From an uncultured Thermodesulfobacteriota bacterium (lineage in GTDB: Bacteria > Desulfobacterota > JBBIRW01): a stretch of DNA of 64,000 nucleotides. The notes beneath the pieces were generated by a model, which was not told the origin of the DNA, searched no databases, and worked only from the letters and a program-made list of their open reading frames with translations. The position numbers were made by a program, and so were the translations under genes. Positions 48,367-58,506 of this stretch are shown piece after piece (within the stretch, counting starts at the first letter, position 1; each line of letters opens with the position of its first letter). Location: contig CAZDGM010000001.1 in the NCBI GenBank assembly GCA_964505185.1, forward strand, positions 263,734 through 327,733, read 5' to 3'.

Positions 48367-49176
48367 GTGGAAGTTTTAACTGATGCCTATGAGGGTCAAT
48401 GGGCACTTATCCTTGGTGCATCAAGTGGATTTGGAGAGGCAATAAGCATTGAGCTTGCAAGGTGGGGGATGAATATATTTGGTGTTCATCTGGACAGAAG
48501 GGCGACGCTTCCAAATGTTGAGAGGATTATGGAGGTTATAAAATCAATGGGAAGGCAGGCGGTTTTTTTCAACATCAATGCTGCGGATGCGGGCAAAAGA
48601 AGGGGTGCGCTTGATGAAATGGAGGAGATCCTCAAAAGGGAAGATTCCACAATAAGGGTTTTTGTTCATTCACTTGCCTTTGCTTCCCTTAAGCCATTTG
48701 TAGGAGAAGGGCCGCAGGAATCGATTACGGAGATTCAGATGACAATGACAATGGATGTAATGGCACATACCCTTGTTTACTGGGTCCAGGAACTCGTCTG
48801 GAGGGGGATGATGGGAAGGGATGGAAGGATCTTTGCACTCACAAGTTCTGGTTCCCAGAGGGTATGGCCGAGTTATGGTGCAACATCAGGGGCGAAGGCT
48901 GCGCTTGAATCCCATATAAGGCAGCTTGCCCTCGAGCTTGCGCCCCTTGGCATTACGGCAAATGCAATTAAGGCAGGTGTTACGGATACCCCGGCATTAA
49001 GAAAGATCCCGGGTCATGAGAGACTTATGGAAAGGGCGATGGAGAAAAACCCCATGGGCAGGCTCACAAGGCCTGAGGATGTTGCAAAGGCAATTGCTGT
49101 TCTCTCACATCCAAACACATACTGGATGACAGGAAACGTTATCGCTGTGGATGGGGGAGAGGATATAACAGGTTGA
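48367..49176 (+). CDS. SDR-superfamily enoyl-reductase-like protein (FabI/FabL-like Y-x6-K active site)
   Basis: GTG start with AAGGGGG RBS. GASSGFGEA Rossmann motif. YGATSGAKAAL (Tyr-x6-Lys, as in FabI rather than the classical SDR YxxxK). Confidence 0.55.
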   Translation: MEVLTDAYEGQWALILGASSGFGEAISIELARWGMNIFGVHLDRRATLPNVERIMEVIKSMGRQAVFFNINAADAGKRRGALDEMEEILKREDSTIRVFVHSLAFASLKPFVGEGPQESITEIQMTMTMDVMAHTLVYWVQELVWRGMMGRDGRIFALTSSGSQRVWPSYGATSGAKAALESHIRQLALELAPLGITANAIKAGVTDTPALRKIPGHERLMERAMEKNPMGRLTRPEDVAKAIAVLSHPNTYWMTGNVIAVDGGEDITG

Positions 49177-49185
49177 GATAATGCT

Positions 49186-50067
49186 ATGAAGAAGACAACA
49201 ATCCTAAAGAAGAAGCTTCTTGAAAGAAGAGGGCTAGTGATGCCTGGCTGTTATGATGCACTCAGTGCAAAACTGATAGAAATATGTGGTTTTGAGGCCC
49301 TTCAGGTAAGTGGATTTGCACTGTCCGCATCGATGCTTGGTTTACCTGATATGGGTCTGATTTCATTCTATGAGGTGCTCATGCAGACAAGGAATATAGT
49401 GAATGCAGTGGATATACCTGTAATGGCGGATGCGGACACTGGCTATGGAAATGCCATAAATGTAATAAGGACTGTCAGGGAATTTGAAAGGATAGGTTGT
49501 GCAGGTATAAATATTGAGGATCAGATTTTTCCAAAGAAATGCGGACATATGGAGGGGAAGAGGCTGATATCTGAAGAGGAGATGGTCCTTAAGATTATGG
49601 CAGCAAGGAATGCCCTGAAGGATCCTGATTTTGTGATAAATGCAAGGACAGATGCCATCTCCGTTTATGGGATCGAGGAGGCGATAAAAAGGGGCAATAG
49701 CTATGCAAAGGCAGGTGCTGATGTCATTTTCGTTGAGGCCCCTGAGAGGATCGAGGATATAAAAAGGATCGTTAAGGAGATTGATGCACCAGTTAGCATA
49801 AACCTGTTTGATGCGGTCACAGGAGGAAAGACACCACTTGTTTCCATAGAAGAGCTGAGGGAGATGGGTGTTGCAAGGATAAGTATTCCAGTAGGTCCCG
49901 TATTTGCAGCTACAAGGGGTATGATGAATTTTCTCATTGCATTGAAGAAGGAGGGGATACTGCCTTCAAGGACTGACCTTGTTGTTTCCTTCGATGAATT
50001 CAAATCAATCACGGGATATGGTGAAATAAAAGCGATGGAGGAGAGATATCTTCCCCGTGATGGATAA
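49186..50067 (+). CDS. Isocitrate lyase/PEP mutase superfamily enzyme, 2-methylisocitrate-lyase (PrpB)-like
   Basis: VMADADTGYG. EDQIFPKKCGHMEGKRL (the K-K-C-G-H lyase signature rather than the PEP-mutase variant). 293 aa. Confidence 0.7.
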   Translation: MKKTTILKKKLLERRGLVMPGCYDALSAKLIEICGFEALQVSGFALSASMLGLPDMGLISFYEVLMQTRNIVNAVDIPVMADADTGYGNAINVIRTVREFERIGCAGINIEDQIFPKKCGHMEGKRLISEEEMVLKIMAARNALKDPDFVINARTDAISVYGIEEAIKRGNSYAKAGADVIFVEAPERIEDIKRIVKEIDAPVSINLFDAVTGGKTPLVSIEELREMGVARISIPVGPVFAATRGMMNFLIALKKEGILPSRTDLVVSFDEFKSITGYGEIKAMEERYLPRDG

Positions 50068-50934
50068 TTTCCCGACCCAGATGTCTATGATCCGGGAAAG
50101 CTCCTCTTCATATCCCCTGAAATCGTGATCAGCCCCTTCAATAATTGAAAGCTCAGAAAATTCCCTTCTTTCACCCCATAATCTTTTTGAAACATCAGGA
50201 TCTGCAAGTTTGTCCTTTGAGCCATGAATAATAAGGATGGGGATGTTTATTTTTCCAATATTCTTAAAGGGATCAGAGGGGGAGTCAGGATCCCTGAGAC
50301 TTAAAAGATGCTGAGGAGAATACAGATTCTTTCCAAGGGGACCAAGATCAACAACCATGAGTTCCTCTCTTTTCTCCTTCAGCATTTCCTTTGCCTTATT
50401 TAAATCTGCAAGGACCTTTTCCCTTCCAAAGAATTTTACATTCCATTCAAAGAGGTTACCTGGTGATGCAATGAGGATGAGTCCTTTTATTTGATTGTAG
50501 TTTTTTCTCGCAGCAAAGAAGAGGACTTTGTTTGCTCCCATACTCTCTCCGATAAGAAAGATCTCTTTAGCTCCCCTCTTTATAGAAAAGAGAATAGCTG
50601 ACTCTATATCCTTTATGCAATCATCAAAGATTGAGATCTTTGGACCCCTTCCATGATCCCTCATATTCACGCTTAGAGAAACAAACCCTCTTTTCGCCAT
50701 TGCTTCCGGCAGAAATGCGTTAATCCCTGAATAGAAATCTCCACCATATCCGTGGATAAATATGAGCCAGGGTCTTTGGGGATCAGGATCACCATATAAT
50801 GCACCCCTCAATATATGACCGTCATCTGTTGTGATTGTTATAAGTTCAACACAAAGTCTTTTTTCAGAGGCTTGAATAGATGTTGTTGCAATAAATAAAA
50901 ATAAAATGGAAACAAGAATCTTCAAAGCTCTCAT
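50005..50934 (-). CDS. Secreted alpha/beta-hydrolase
   Basis: Signal peptide. GESMGAN nucleophile elbow (GxSxG). Downstream D and H. Confidence 0.65.
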   Translation of the reverse strand: MRALKILVSILFLFIATTSIQASEKRLCVELITITTDDGHILRGALYGDPDPQRPWLIFIHGYGGDFYSGINAFLPEAMAKRGFVSLSVNMRDHGRGPKISIFDDCIKDIESAILFSIKRGAKEIFLIGESMGANKVLFFAARKNYNQIKGLILIASPGNLFEWNVKFFGREKVLADLNKAKEMLKEKREELMVVDLGPLGKNLYSPQHLLSLRDPDSPSDPFKNIGKINIPILIIHGSKDKLADPDVSKRLWGERREFSELSIIEGADHDFRGYEEELSRIIDIWVGKLSITGKISLLHRFYFTISRD

Positions 50935-50943
50935 ATCTTTACC

Positions 50944-51672
50944 TCAGAAAGAAAAGATATTAAGGAATGAAAGATACGACGCTATAACTGATAAGCTGTT
51001 TGTAAGGATCAGTATTCCCATTATAATAAGCAGAATACCTGACCCCATTTCAATCCATCTCACATATCCCTTTATACGGGAAAACGTCCTGAAGAATAGA
51101 TCAATTGCAGCTGCTGAGAGAAGAAACGGTATACCAAGTCCCATTGAATAGAAGAATAGAAGGTAGATCCCCTCGAAGAGGGTTTTTCTCGTGCTTGCAA
51201 AAAGCAGGATTGATCCAAGGATTGGTCCGATACAGGGAGTCCATCCGAAGGCGAATGCCATACCCACGAGAAGGGATCCTAAGAGCCCGGGTGGTTTCTT
51301 TTCGATGGATAATCTTTTTTCCCTGTAGAGAAACGAAATCCTGAAAAGACCTGTGAGATGAAGACCAAAGATTATGATAACAATAGAAGCAATTTTTGAT
51401 AATATGAATGAGTTACTTTTGAGGATCTGTCCTATGGATGTTGCAGAGGCACCAAAAAGCACGAATATCATTGTGAATCCGAGAACAAAGAAAAATGCAT
51501 TAAAAAAAACAAAGGGATCCTTCCTCCCCCCTTCCTTTTCCATGAGTTTTTCAACTGCTGTGCCTGCAATGAAGGATATATAGCCGGGAACAAGGGGGAG
51601 CACACAGGGGGATAGAAAGGATACAACCCCCGCAATAAATGAAGTTAAAATACCTATATCCCTCATTTCCAT
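50944..51672 (-). CDS. ccdA: Cytochrome c biogenesis/thiol-disulfide transporter CcdA (DsbD transmembrane-domain family)
   Basis: FLSPCVLPLVPGY and GWTPCIGPILGSIL: two conserved Cys in a 6-TM protein. Confidence 0.8.
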   Translation of the reverse strand: MEMRDIGILTSFIAGVVSFLSPCVLPLVPGYISFIAGTAVEKLMEKEGGRKDPFVFFNAFFFVLGFTMIFVLFGASATSIGQILKSNSFILSKIASIVIIIFGLHLTGLFRISFLYREKRLSIEKKPPGLLGSLLVGMAFAFGWTPCIGPILGSILLFASTRKTLFEGIYLLFFYSMGLGIPFLLSAAAIDLFFRTFSRIKGYVRWIEMGSGILLIIMGILILTNSLSVIASYLSFLNIFSF

Positions 51673-51776
51673 CAGAAAATGTTAATATCTAAAAGGATAA
51701 AATTAAAGTATAAACTTTGAAAATAAAAAATTATCGGCAATATAATAGCTTAAAAACACGATCCGGAGGATTGTTT

Positions 51777-52292
51777 ATGGACCTGCTGAATATAATAAAG
51801 GAGAGAAGAAGCATAAGGAATTTTCTTTCAAGGCCAGTGCCCGATGAAATAATATCACAACTTGTTGAGGCCCTGATCTGGGCGCCCAGCGCGGGAAATC
51901 TTCAGAGAAGAAGGTTTTATTTTGTTTTCAATGCAGAGATAAAGAGGGCACTTGCAGGGGCTGCATACGGGCAGGATTTTATATACGAAGCACCACTTGC
52001 AATTGTTGGATGCCTTGACAAAAGGATTGAATGGGATTATGGGAAGAGGGGGAGAGACCTCTATGCCATTCAGGATGTTTCTGCAAGCATACAGAATATG
52101 CTTCTTATTGCACATGCCCTTGGTCTTGGAACTGTATGGGTTGGTGCCTTTAACGAAGAGAAGGTTTCAGAGATACTTAAACTTCCCAACTATCTAAGGC
52201 CTATTGCAATTGTGCCTGTTGGTTATCCCGCAGAGAAACCGTCACCACCACCAAGGGTAAGTGCTGAGGAGGCTGTTGAATTCATAAGATAA
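51777..52292 (+). CDS. Nitroreductase-family protein
   Basis: MDLLNIIKERRSIRNF N-terminal signature. GGAGG RBS before ATG 51777. Confidence 0.8.
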   Translation: MDLLNIIKERRSIRNFLSRPVPDEIISQLVEALIWAPSAGNLQRRRFYFVFNAEIKRALAGAAYGQDFIYEAPLAIVGCLDKRIEWDYGKRGRDLYAIQDVSASIQNMLLIAHALGLGTVWVGAFNEEKVSEILKLPNYLRPIAIVPVGYPAEKPSPPPRVSAEEAVEFIR

Positions 52293-52355
52293 GGTGGATA
52301 ATGATAATGAGGGATTTATGGTGTTTAAATCGTTAGATTTTTAAAGGGGGAGTTA

Positions 52356-52526
52356 ATGGGGAAGGAGGAGAAGAATAAAAAGGAAAAGAAGGGAAAATGC
52401 ATGATATGTGGTGCACCCTCAGATGAGAGTATATGTGAGACATGCAAGGCGAAGATAAGGGGCGAAGCGCTGGAAAAAAAGCTTCAGGATGAAAAGAAAG
52501 GTAAGACGGACACAGGGAGAAAATAG
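52356..52526 (+). CDS. Small lysine-rich zinc-ribbon protein (56 aa)
   Basis: MGKEEKNKKEKKGKCMICGAPSDESICETCKAKIRGE... with CxxC-x8-CxxC. AAGGGGGA RBS. Missing from the track because it is under 60 aa. Confidence 0.4.
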   Translation: MGKEEKNKKEKKGKCMICGAPSDESICETCKAKIRGEALEKKLQDEKKGKTDTGRK

Positions 52527-52531
52527 AGGAT

Positions 52532-53929
52532 TTACTGGGATAATAACCCTTTAATCCCGTCAGGGATCTCGGGCATTTTTACTACAGGTTTTATATAATC
52601 ATCGATCAACCCTTTAGTATTGGAAACTTTTAACTGATCGAAGAGGAAAAGAAATTTTTCCTCAAGACTTTTAGCTATCTCCTTTCGTGCGTTTTCTGGA
52701 ATATCCCAGATTTCCCTTTTGAATGGTCCTAATGCCTTCTTCCTTGTTTTATATAGAAACTGCGCCTCGGTTTCTCCATGCTTTCTTTCATCGGAAAATT
52801 CCCTTTTGAGGAAATTGTATATCGTTGAAAGGAGATCCTTAGGAAAATAGACCGAATCAAGGATTATATTCTGAAATTCAGTTGCAAGATGTATCTCTGC
52901 TGTTTCTACTTCAGGGAATTTATGAAAGAGTTGAGGAGGAAGGGTGGATGCACCATGCTGGACAGCACCTGCCATCTGGAATTCCTCCCTTGCTACCCTT
53001 GATAATTCATAAAGCGTATTGAAATCGAGGTTGATTTTTGCAACACTACCATCGGGAAGCACTATCCCGCCGTGAGCAGTTCCCGTCTGAACACTGATCT
53101 TACTGATCCCTATCCTATCAGAAGAAAGTAGCTTTCTGTAACCTTTCATAAAGGCACGAAGCTCTTCAACAGTTGAATTTTTGGCACCGACCTCACCGAT
53201 CTCACCCCCAATGGATATATTTATCCCTTCAGGCTGATGCTTCCTTATAAAATCTGTGAAGTGGGCACAGATTTCGAAGTTTAACCTTTGCTGTTCCTCA
53301 ATTGTATCCTTCTCAAGGTCAACAAGTGTTGATGTATCTATGTCTATGTTATAGAAACCCGCAGATATAGATTCCACAATTAGCTTCTCAATAGCATCGA
53401 TCTCCTTCTCGGGGTCTTTTTTAAAGATCGATTTACTTATCTGGTAGTGATCACCCTGAAGGAAGATGGGTCCCTTAAAACCTTCTCTTAATGCAGCTGC
53501 CATTATGACCGTAGTATACTCTTCAGGTCTCTGGTTTGTGTATGAGATTTCGGAACGGGCTATTTCAAAGATAAATGCACCGCAATTACTTCTCATTGCA
53601 GCCCTGAAAACTGCTCTTGCAACATCATAGGTAAGGCACCTTATATTTATTGCAGGGACTGTGAAACCTGAAACAGATCCTTTTCCCCTTGCTTCGTAGA
53701 GGGGTTGTATTGAGGATGGAATTATGCCCCTGTTGATGGCTGTTGCCCTTATGATATATAGGGAAAGCCTCTTTGCAAGATCATCACCGAAGGCGGATGC
53801 ACGGGCAAGACTATCTATGATCTCATGAAGATCTTCCCTTCTTCCTTTGATTAGGAGGGTTGCGGGAAAACTTTTATTCTCCTCTATGAAATCGAGAAGT
53901 TCGCTTCCTTTTTCAAAATCATACTTCAT
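52532..53929 (-). CDS. Class II (metal-dependent) aldolase-like protein (FBA/tagatose-bisphosphate aldolase superfamily), extended 465-aa form
   Basis: FTVPAINIRCLTYDVARAVFRAA...GAFIFEIARSE, LQGDHYQ, IGGEIGEVG and VQTGTAHGG mirror the class II aldolase motifs (HLDH, GELG, GnvHG). Confidence 0.45.
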   Translation of the reverse strand: MKYDFEKGSELLDFIEENKSFPATLLIKGRREDLHEIIDSLARASAFGDDLAKRLSLYIIRATAINRGIIPSSIQPLYEARGKGSVSGFTVPAINIRCLTYDVARAVFRAAMRSNCGAFIFEIARSEISYTNQRPEEYTTVIMAAALREGFKGPIFLQGDHYQISKSIFKKDPEKEIDAIEKLIVESISAGFYNIDIDTSTLVDLEKDTIEEQQRLNFEICAHFTDFIRKHQPEGINISIGGEIGEVGAKNSTVEELRAFMKGYRKLLSSDRIGISKISVQTGTAHGGIVLPDGSVAKINLDFNTLYELSRVAREEFQMAGAVQHGASTLPPQLFHKFPEVETAEIHLATEFQNIILDSVYFPKDLLSTIYNFLKREFSDERKHGETEAQFLYKTRKKALGPFKREIWDIPENARKEIAKSLEEKFLFLFDQLKVSNTKGLIDDYIKPVVKMPEIPDGIKGLLSQ

Positions 53930-53980
53930 CGCTACCTCCTTTTCTCTAATTATATCAATAATGGATTGATAAAAAGAGGG

Positions 53981-54232
53981 TTACTTTTTTTCGCTTTTAC
54001 CCTTAATATCTTTTGCAGGGCCGGGGATTAGCCTCACGTTGGGCTTTCTGGGGATTGTCCTTTCCATATACATCTCTTCAGATATTCTTAACGCTTCTTT
54101 ATAAAGTTTTATTGTCTTATTTATCTCCGCTCTCAGGGTAATGAGCCTTTTTATCTCCTCCCTGTATTTTCTAATGGTCTCTTTAAGATTTTCAGTCGAG
54201 TCAATTGAGGTATTGTCTGTTCCTTTTTTCAT
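53981..54232 (-). CDS. Small coiled-coil hypothetical protein (83 aa)
   Basis: ORF directly downstream of the aldolase-like gene. No motif. Confidence 0.3.
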   Translation of the reverse strand: MKKGTDNTSIDSTENLKETIRKYREEIKRLITLRAEINKTIKLYKEALRISEEMYMERTIPRKPNVRLIPGPAKDIKGKSEKK

Positions 54233-54430
54233 AATCGGGAAAAGAATTTAATTTGAGATTATGATGATCAGCAATTATAGGGAGTGAGATGAGATATTTC
54301 AAACTATTTTTTCTCATGGAATATTAATATTTTACATTCAATTTTAGTTAACTTTCAGTGATAATACTCCCGGTGATCATAAAGGATTTTTAAAAAATAA
54401 GGATGGACAGGATGGGGTGGATTGGATATC

Positions 54431-54458
54431 TTGACATTACTGGAAAAATCTATATCAT
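54431..54458 (+). promoter_or_regulatory. Sigma70-like promoter driving the 5S rRNA gene (TTGACA-16-TATCAT)
   Basis: Perfect -35 TTGACA at 54431-54436. 5/6 -10 TATCAT at 54453-54458. The predicted transcription start is about 7 nt downstream, coincident with the 5S 5' end. Confidence 0.6.
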
Positions 54459-54463
54459 ATATT

Positions 54464-54587
<124 letters not shown>

Positions 54588-54589
54588 TA

Positions 54590-55174
54590 TTATTTTCCCC
54601 CCTTCAAGGGTTCTTCTCGTTTTTCTGATACTGGCTCAAATGATGAAATCACCATGAAAACATCCATATACCTGGGATCATCAAACCGTGATTTCATATT
54701 TAACCTTTTTATCCTCATATAAATAGGAGAGTGTTCAATCTCGTAAAGGAGGTTTGTTATCTGTGAGATATTGAGCGATTCCCATCGTGATTCTAGGGTA
54801 ACTTCCCTGTATTCTCCCATCGTCTGCGTTATAGATGGCTTTGCATAGACAAGATATTCTCTAACCCTTACCCTTGTTGAAGCCTCTTCAAGCTGGGATA
54901 GGACGGAAGCATGGCGAGATCCATTTACCCTCTTTTCTATATCATCAATTAATGCCTTCAGCCGGAGGTATTCTACCCTTATTGACTCAAGTTCCCTTAT
55001 GGACCTTTCTGTGGATGCTATCTTCTTATCAAGTCCATGAAAATACCCAAGAAGAGGATTTATAAGAAATTCATATAAGAGGAAGATTATTATCAGGCAT
55101 GATCCAGAGATAACGATAATCCTCTCCCTTTTTGAGAACCTTCTGTATAGATTTATAATATCATCTATCTTCAT
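54590..55174 (-). CDS. gspM: Type II secretion system protein GspM-like (PilO-like bitopic inner-membrane protein)
   Basis: Single N-terminal TM helix, coiled coil, periplasmic domain. Last gene of the gsp operon. Confidence 0.55.
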   Translation of the reverse strand: MKIDDIINLYRRFSKRERIIVISGSCLIIIFLLYEFLINPLLGYFHGLDKKIASTERSIRELESIRVEYLRLKALIDDIEKRVNGSRHASVLSQLEEASTRVRVREYLVYAKPSITQTMGEYREVTLESRWESLNISQITNLLYEIEHSPIYMRIKRLNMKSRFDDPRYMDVFMVISSFEPVSEKREEPLKGGK

Positions 55175-56586
55175 CTCTTCCCTCTGATCTTCATGGTTAT
55201 TTTAAAAAGAACGGATTTTTTATCACTGGAAGCCCTTGTCTCTGTAACGCTAACTTCGGAGAATCCTTTTGCCCTTTGTAATCCCTCCCTTATTCGATCC
55301 AGCGAATCAAAGGTATCAGTTTTCCCCTCCATCCACACACTTTCTCCATCCCAGTTCCATTCATTGATATCGATCTTTACTCCATCGGGGATGTTCAATG
55401 ATATTTCTCTTAGCGCATCAAGTGGGGATCTTATCGAATCTTCCACTATCCCCAGATCCCTTGCCTTCTTTTTTAGATTTTCCATTTTTTCTCGTGCCTG
55501 CTCAACCTCATTCACAATCCTCTGCACATCTGTGAATGTTTCTCGAAACAGCAACTGTGATTGGTTCTTTAACAGATTATAACGCGATGATTTGAGATAG
55601 ATCCTCAGTGTGAAATCAGTAATTGCAAGTGAGAGGAGAATGGAGCCCATGATACCGAATCTCACGAGCTGTGATTTTTTTATATCCCTGACCTTTTCTC
55701 TTCTGAATTCTTCCTTTCTCAGATCAACACCCCTATTTGAAACACCTTTCCAGCCTTTAATAGCGAGGGAAAGGCTGAGAAGCATTGATGGGCTTACAGG
55801 TTTCGGGGCTTTTATCGATTCCGTAAGGATATCGGCGGTTGATACATCCGTTCCTGCTTCCCTTTTGATTATGCTTAAAAAATCACTGTCCAGCGCACCT
55901 CCGCCTGCAATAAACCACCTCTCAACCATCCTTTTCTCTTTAACTTCAAAGGTTCTTACACTCTGAAGGATGGTTTTCGAGAGAAGAGCAGGAGAATCAA
56001 TTCCATAAGGTATCCTTTTTGTATAAAGGACAGAATCCCTGACTGCTATAAGTATGTTTGTTTTGGATGATCCTGCATCAATGATTGCAGCGACTTTTTC
56101 ATTTTCATGATATTGTTGATAGAGATGGATGAGTGCCAATCCTTCTGCTTCCAGCATCCATGGGTTTATCGATGCATCCTTCAGTAATTCTAAAAAGTCT
56201 TTTAGGTCATCTTTTTTTGTGAATATAACTAATAGTTGAAATCCGGAGGGAGTCTCTCCTATAATATGGAAGTCAGCTACTATCTCTTCGATCGAAAAAG
56301 GGATTATATCCTCAATTTCAAATTTGAGAATCTTTTCTATTTTTTTTCTTTCAGAGAAAGGGAGTACAATCTTTCTTTGTGAATAATGACTTGAGGGATA
56401 TGAAACAATAACCTCGCCATTGAAGGAAGGAGGGATAATATCTTTAAGTATTTTTGTTACATTCCCATTTTCAGCAACAACCTCTTCCCTCTGTTCAATG
56501 ATCTTAAACTCCTTCCAGTATGCTTCTATGATTGTTACTTTTATTGAATGGCTACCTATATCGATTCCTGCAATAAGCTTTGGCAA
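55171..56586 (-). CDS. gspL: Type II secretion system protein GspL-like (actin-like cytoplasmic domain + TM + periplasmic domain; PilM/PilN-type fusion)
   Basis: N-terminal LIAGIDIGSHSIKVTII actin-like ATPase fold start. Central TM segment. Confidence 0.6.
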   Translation of the reverse strand: MPKLIAGIDIGSHSIKVTIIEAYWKEFKIIEQREEVVAENGNVTKILKDIIPPSFNGEVIVSYPSSHYSQRKIVLPFSERKKIEKILKFEIEDIIPFSIEEIVADFHIIGETPSGFQLLVIFTKKDDLKDFLELLKDASINPWMLEAEGLALIHLYQQYHENEKVAAIIDAGSSKTNILIAVRDSVLYTKRIPYGIDSPALLSKTILQSVRTFEVKEKRMVERWFIAGGGALDSDFLSIIKREAGTDVSTADILTESIKAPKPVSPSMLLSLSLAIKGWKGVSNRGVDLRKEEFRREKVRDIKKSQLVRFGIMGSILLSLAITDFTLRIYLKSSRYNLLKNQSQLLFRETFTDVQRIVNEVEQAREKMENLKKKARDLGIVEDSIRSPLDALREISLNIPDGVKIDINEWNWDGESVWMEGKTDTFDSLDRIREGLQRAKGFSEVSVTETRASSDKKSVLFKITMKIRGKR

Positions 56587-56592
56587 TTTCTA

Positions 56593-57588
56593 TCAACCTC
56601 CTCTTTCCATTCGATGGACTATAACTTTCCCCTTCCCATCGATCTCAACAAGGACCTTAAGTGTTAATTTCACCGGAGGAATATTAGCTCCTTCATGAGA
56701 TATTATGGCAGAAGAAAAAATTTTAAAAAAGCGACTTTTTACATCTATAAGGGGAAAAATCCCGGGATAAATCTTGCTCATCCTTGCTTCATCAACCCTT
56801 TTTATCTCCTCTTTTCTCCTGAAAGGCCCATTTTCTCTCCTGTTTCTTATTATAGCCTCAGCCAGATATGAATCTATTTCATACTCCCTTCCTGCTGAGA
56901 TGATCTGAAAAATGCGTGGATCCTGAACGGTATTGATGTTAATGTATGTTTCACCCTGTTTGTAGGGGTAAACGGTAAAAACATCCTGCAATTTAGCAAT
57001 ATCATCGATCTTGAAATCCTTCAGAAGAACAAGCTCATAGAGTGAATCAAGGAAATTGTTTTTGCATTTATAGGGAGGAATAAGCCCCATATAGTAGGAA
57101 TTTTCCGCACCTGAGTATTCTGGAACATTGTTGCTATCTATCCAGTCAACTATTACAGGAATGCGTTCGAGTGGAATGCCGCAAAGAAGGAAACCTCTTT
57201 CAAATTTTGGAATGTATATTATGTTCTTTGCGCTCCTGCTTGGAGTAACTATCATATTTAAATTTATTTTGCTGTTTTCATCAACAATCGAAACATCGAT
57301 TATTCCCTGCTCCGTTTCTATTCTGAAAGCCTTCGCCCAGGGCTGGTCGAGATGGTGATAGGTTTCTGACGGGATTGTTGTTTTAAGGAGGAGGAGTGCT
57401 TGATTGATCCCGCCTTTTGCGAGCCAGTATGCCTTTGTTTCATCTCTGAGATTGGTAGATTTTCTTATGTTTACGCGAACAGAGTAGTTGAAATCCATGA
57501 TCAGAAAGGTAAGGATTGAAACTATGATAATTGCTATAATAAGGGCAGCCCCATCTTCTTTTTTTATATATGTTGAGTAACTTATCAT
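56593..57588 (-). CDS. gspK: Type II secretion minor pseudopilin GspK
   Basis: DGAALIIAIIIVSILTFLIM N-terminal hydrophobic segment with the GspK pattern. YININTV motif. 331 aa. Confidence 0.65.
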   Translation of the reverse strand: MISYSTYIKKEDGAALIIAIIIVSILTFLIMDFNYSVRVNIRKSTNLRDETKAYWLAKGGINQALLLLKTTIPSETYHHLDQPWAKAFRIETEQGIIDVSIVDENSKINLNMIVTPSRSAKNIIYIPKFERGFLLCGIPLERIPVIVDWIDSNNVPEYSGAENSYYMGLIPPYKCKNNFLDSLYELVLLKDFKIDDIAKLQDVFTVYPYKQGETYININTVQDPRIFQIISAGREYEIDSYLAEAIIRNRRENGPFRRKEEIKRVDEARMSKIYPGIFPLIDVKSRFFKIFSSAIISHEGANIPPVKLTLKVLVEIDGKGKVIVHRMERGG

Positions 57589-57977
57589 TTCAGATCCGCA
57601 ATGTATGTAATCAATTCAACTCGATCTTCACTGTTTCCTTCATTGAAGATAACCTGGACCTTTAACTCCCTTACAGACGGATTTGAAGTAGGAGATATCT
57701 GTTCCTTCCATCTGAATATGGGAAATTCATTTCCGAAGTCGCCCTCCCTTTCTCCCGTCGCGGGAAATCCTTCTGCCTCTATCTCCGACATCTTTGAGGA
57801 TGCAAGAAATGTTGCAGTATCGATGTTTCTAATCTTTGCAGATGCCCTGAGGCTTAATATTTCTGAATAAAGGATGGTGCTGAGGGCAACTGCGATAATG
57901 AAAACTGCTATCATTATTTCAAGTAAACTGAATCCACTTATATTATTGATTGGTTTTCTTTTGCTTGTATCCCTCAT
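57585..57977 (-). CDS. gspI: Type II secretion minor pseudopilin GspI-like
   Basis: Prepilin-peptidase site GFSLLEIMIAVFII. 130 aa. Confidence 0.6.
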   Translation of the reverse strand: MRDTSKRKPINNISGFSLLEIMIAVFIIAVALSTILYSEILSLRASAKIRNIDTATFLASSKMSEIEAEGFPATGEREGDFGNEFPIFRWKEQISPTSNPSVRELKVQVIFNEGNSEDRVELITYIADLK

Positions 57978-58506
57978 ATACTGTTACTTTTCCTGAGTAT
58001 GGATGCAGATAAACTGTATATTGCATGTTATTTCCTGCTTTAATATGGATAAATGTTTCATCGGCATATCCTGATGGTCTCAATTCTATATAAGCAATCT
58101 GTCCCTCCATAAACTTTCCCCTGTTTACAACATCGACATCTTCAAAGTTTATTCCAGCAGGAAGGGTAAATGTTTCTTGTTTGATTGGAGTGAGATTGCC
58201 TTCTCTGTCCAGAGTAAGGTAGGATGTCCAGTATTTTCCTTCCTTTATATCAAAGTAAATGCGATGGTTTGTTTTTCTGAAGACGGCTTCATCATACTGG
58301 AATTCGATGATGGTTTTTAATCTTCGAATAGCACTTTCCGCTGAGGATTCAGCGATATCCTGGAATTTCGGAGCAGCAAAGAAAAATACAAGTGAGATTA
58401 TGACAACAACAACTATAAGTTCAAGGAGTGTAAAAGCCTTATTCGAGATTCCAGCTTTCAATATCGGCATTTTTTCCTTCTCCTCCTGGTTCTCCATCAG
58501 CACCAT
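57943..58506 (-). CDS. gspH: Type II secretion minor pseudopilin GspH-like (or GspJ-like)
   Basis: Prepilin motif [17 protein letters not shown]. 187 aa. Positioned immediately after gspG. Confidence 0.55.
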   Translation of the reverse strand: MVLMENQEEKEKMPILKAGISNKAFTLLELIVVVVIISLVFFFAAPKFQDIAESSAESAIRRLKTIIEFQYDEAVFRKTNHRIYFDIKEGKYWTSYLTLDREGNLTPIKQETFTLPAGINFEDVDVVNRGKFMEGQIAYIELRPSGYADETFIHIKAGNNMQYTVYLHPYSGKVTVYEGYKQKKTNQ

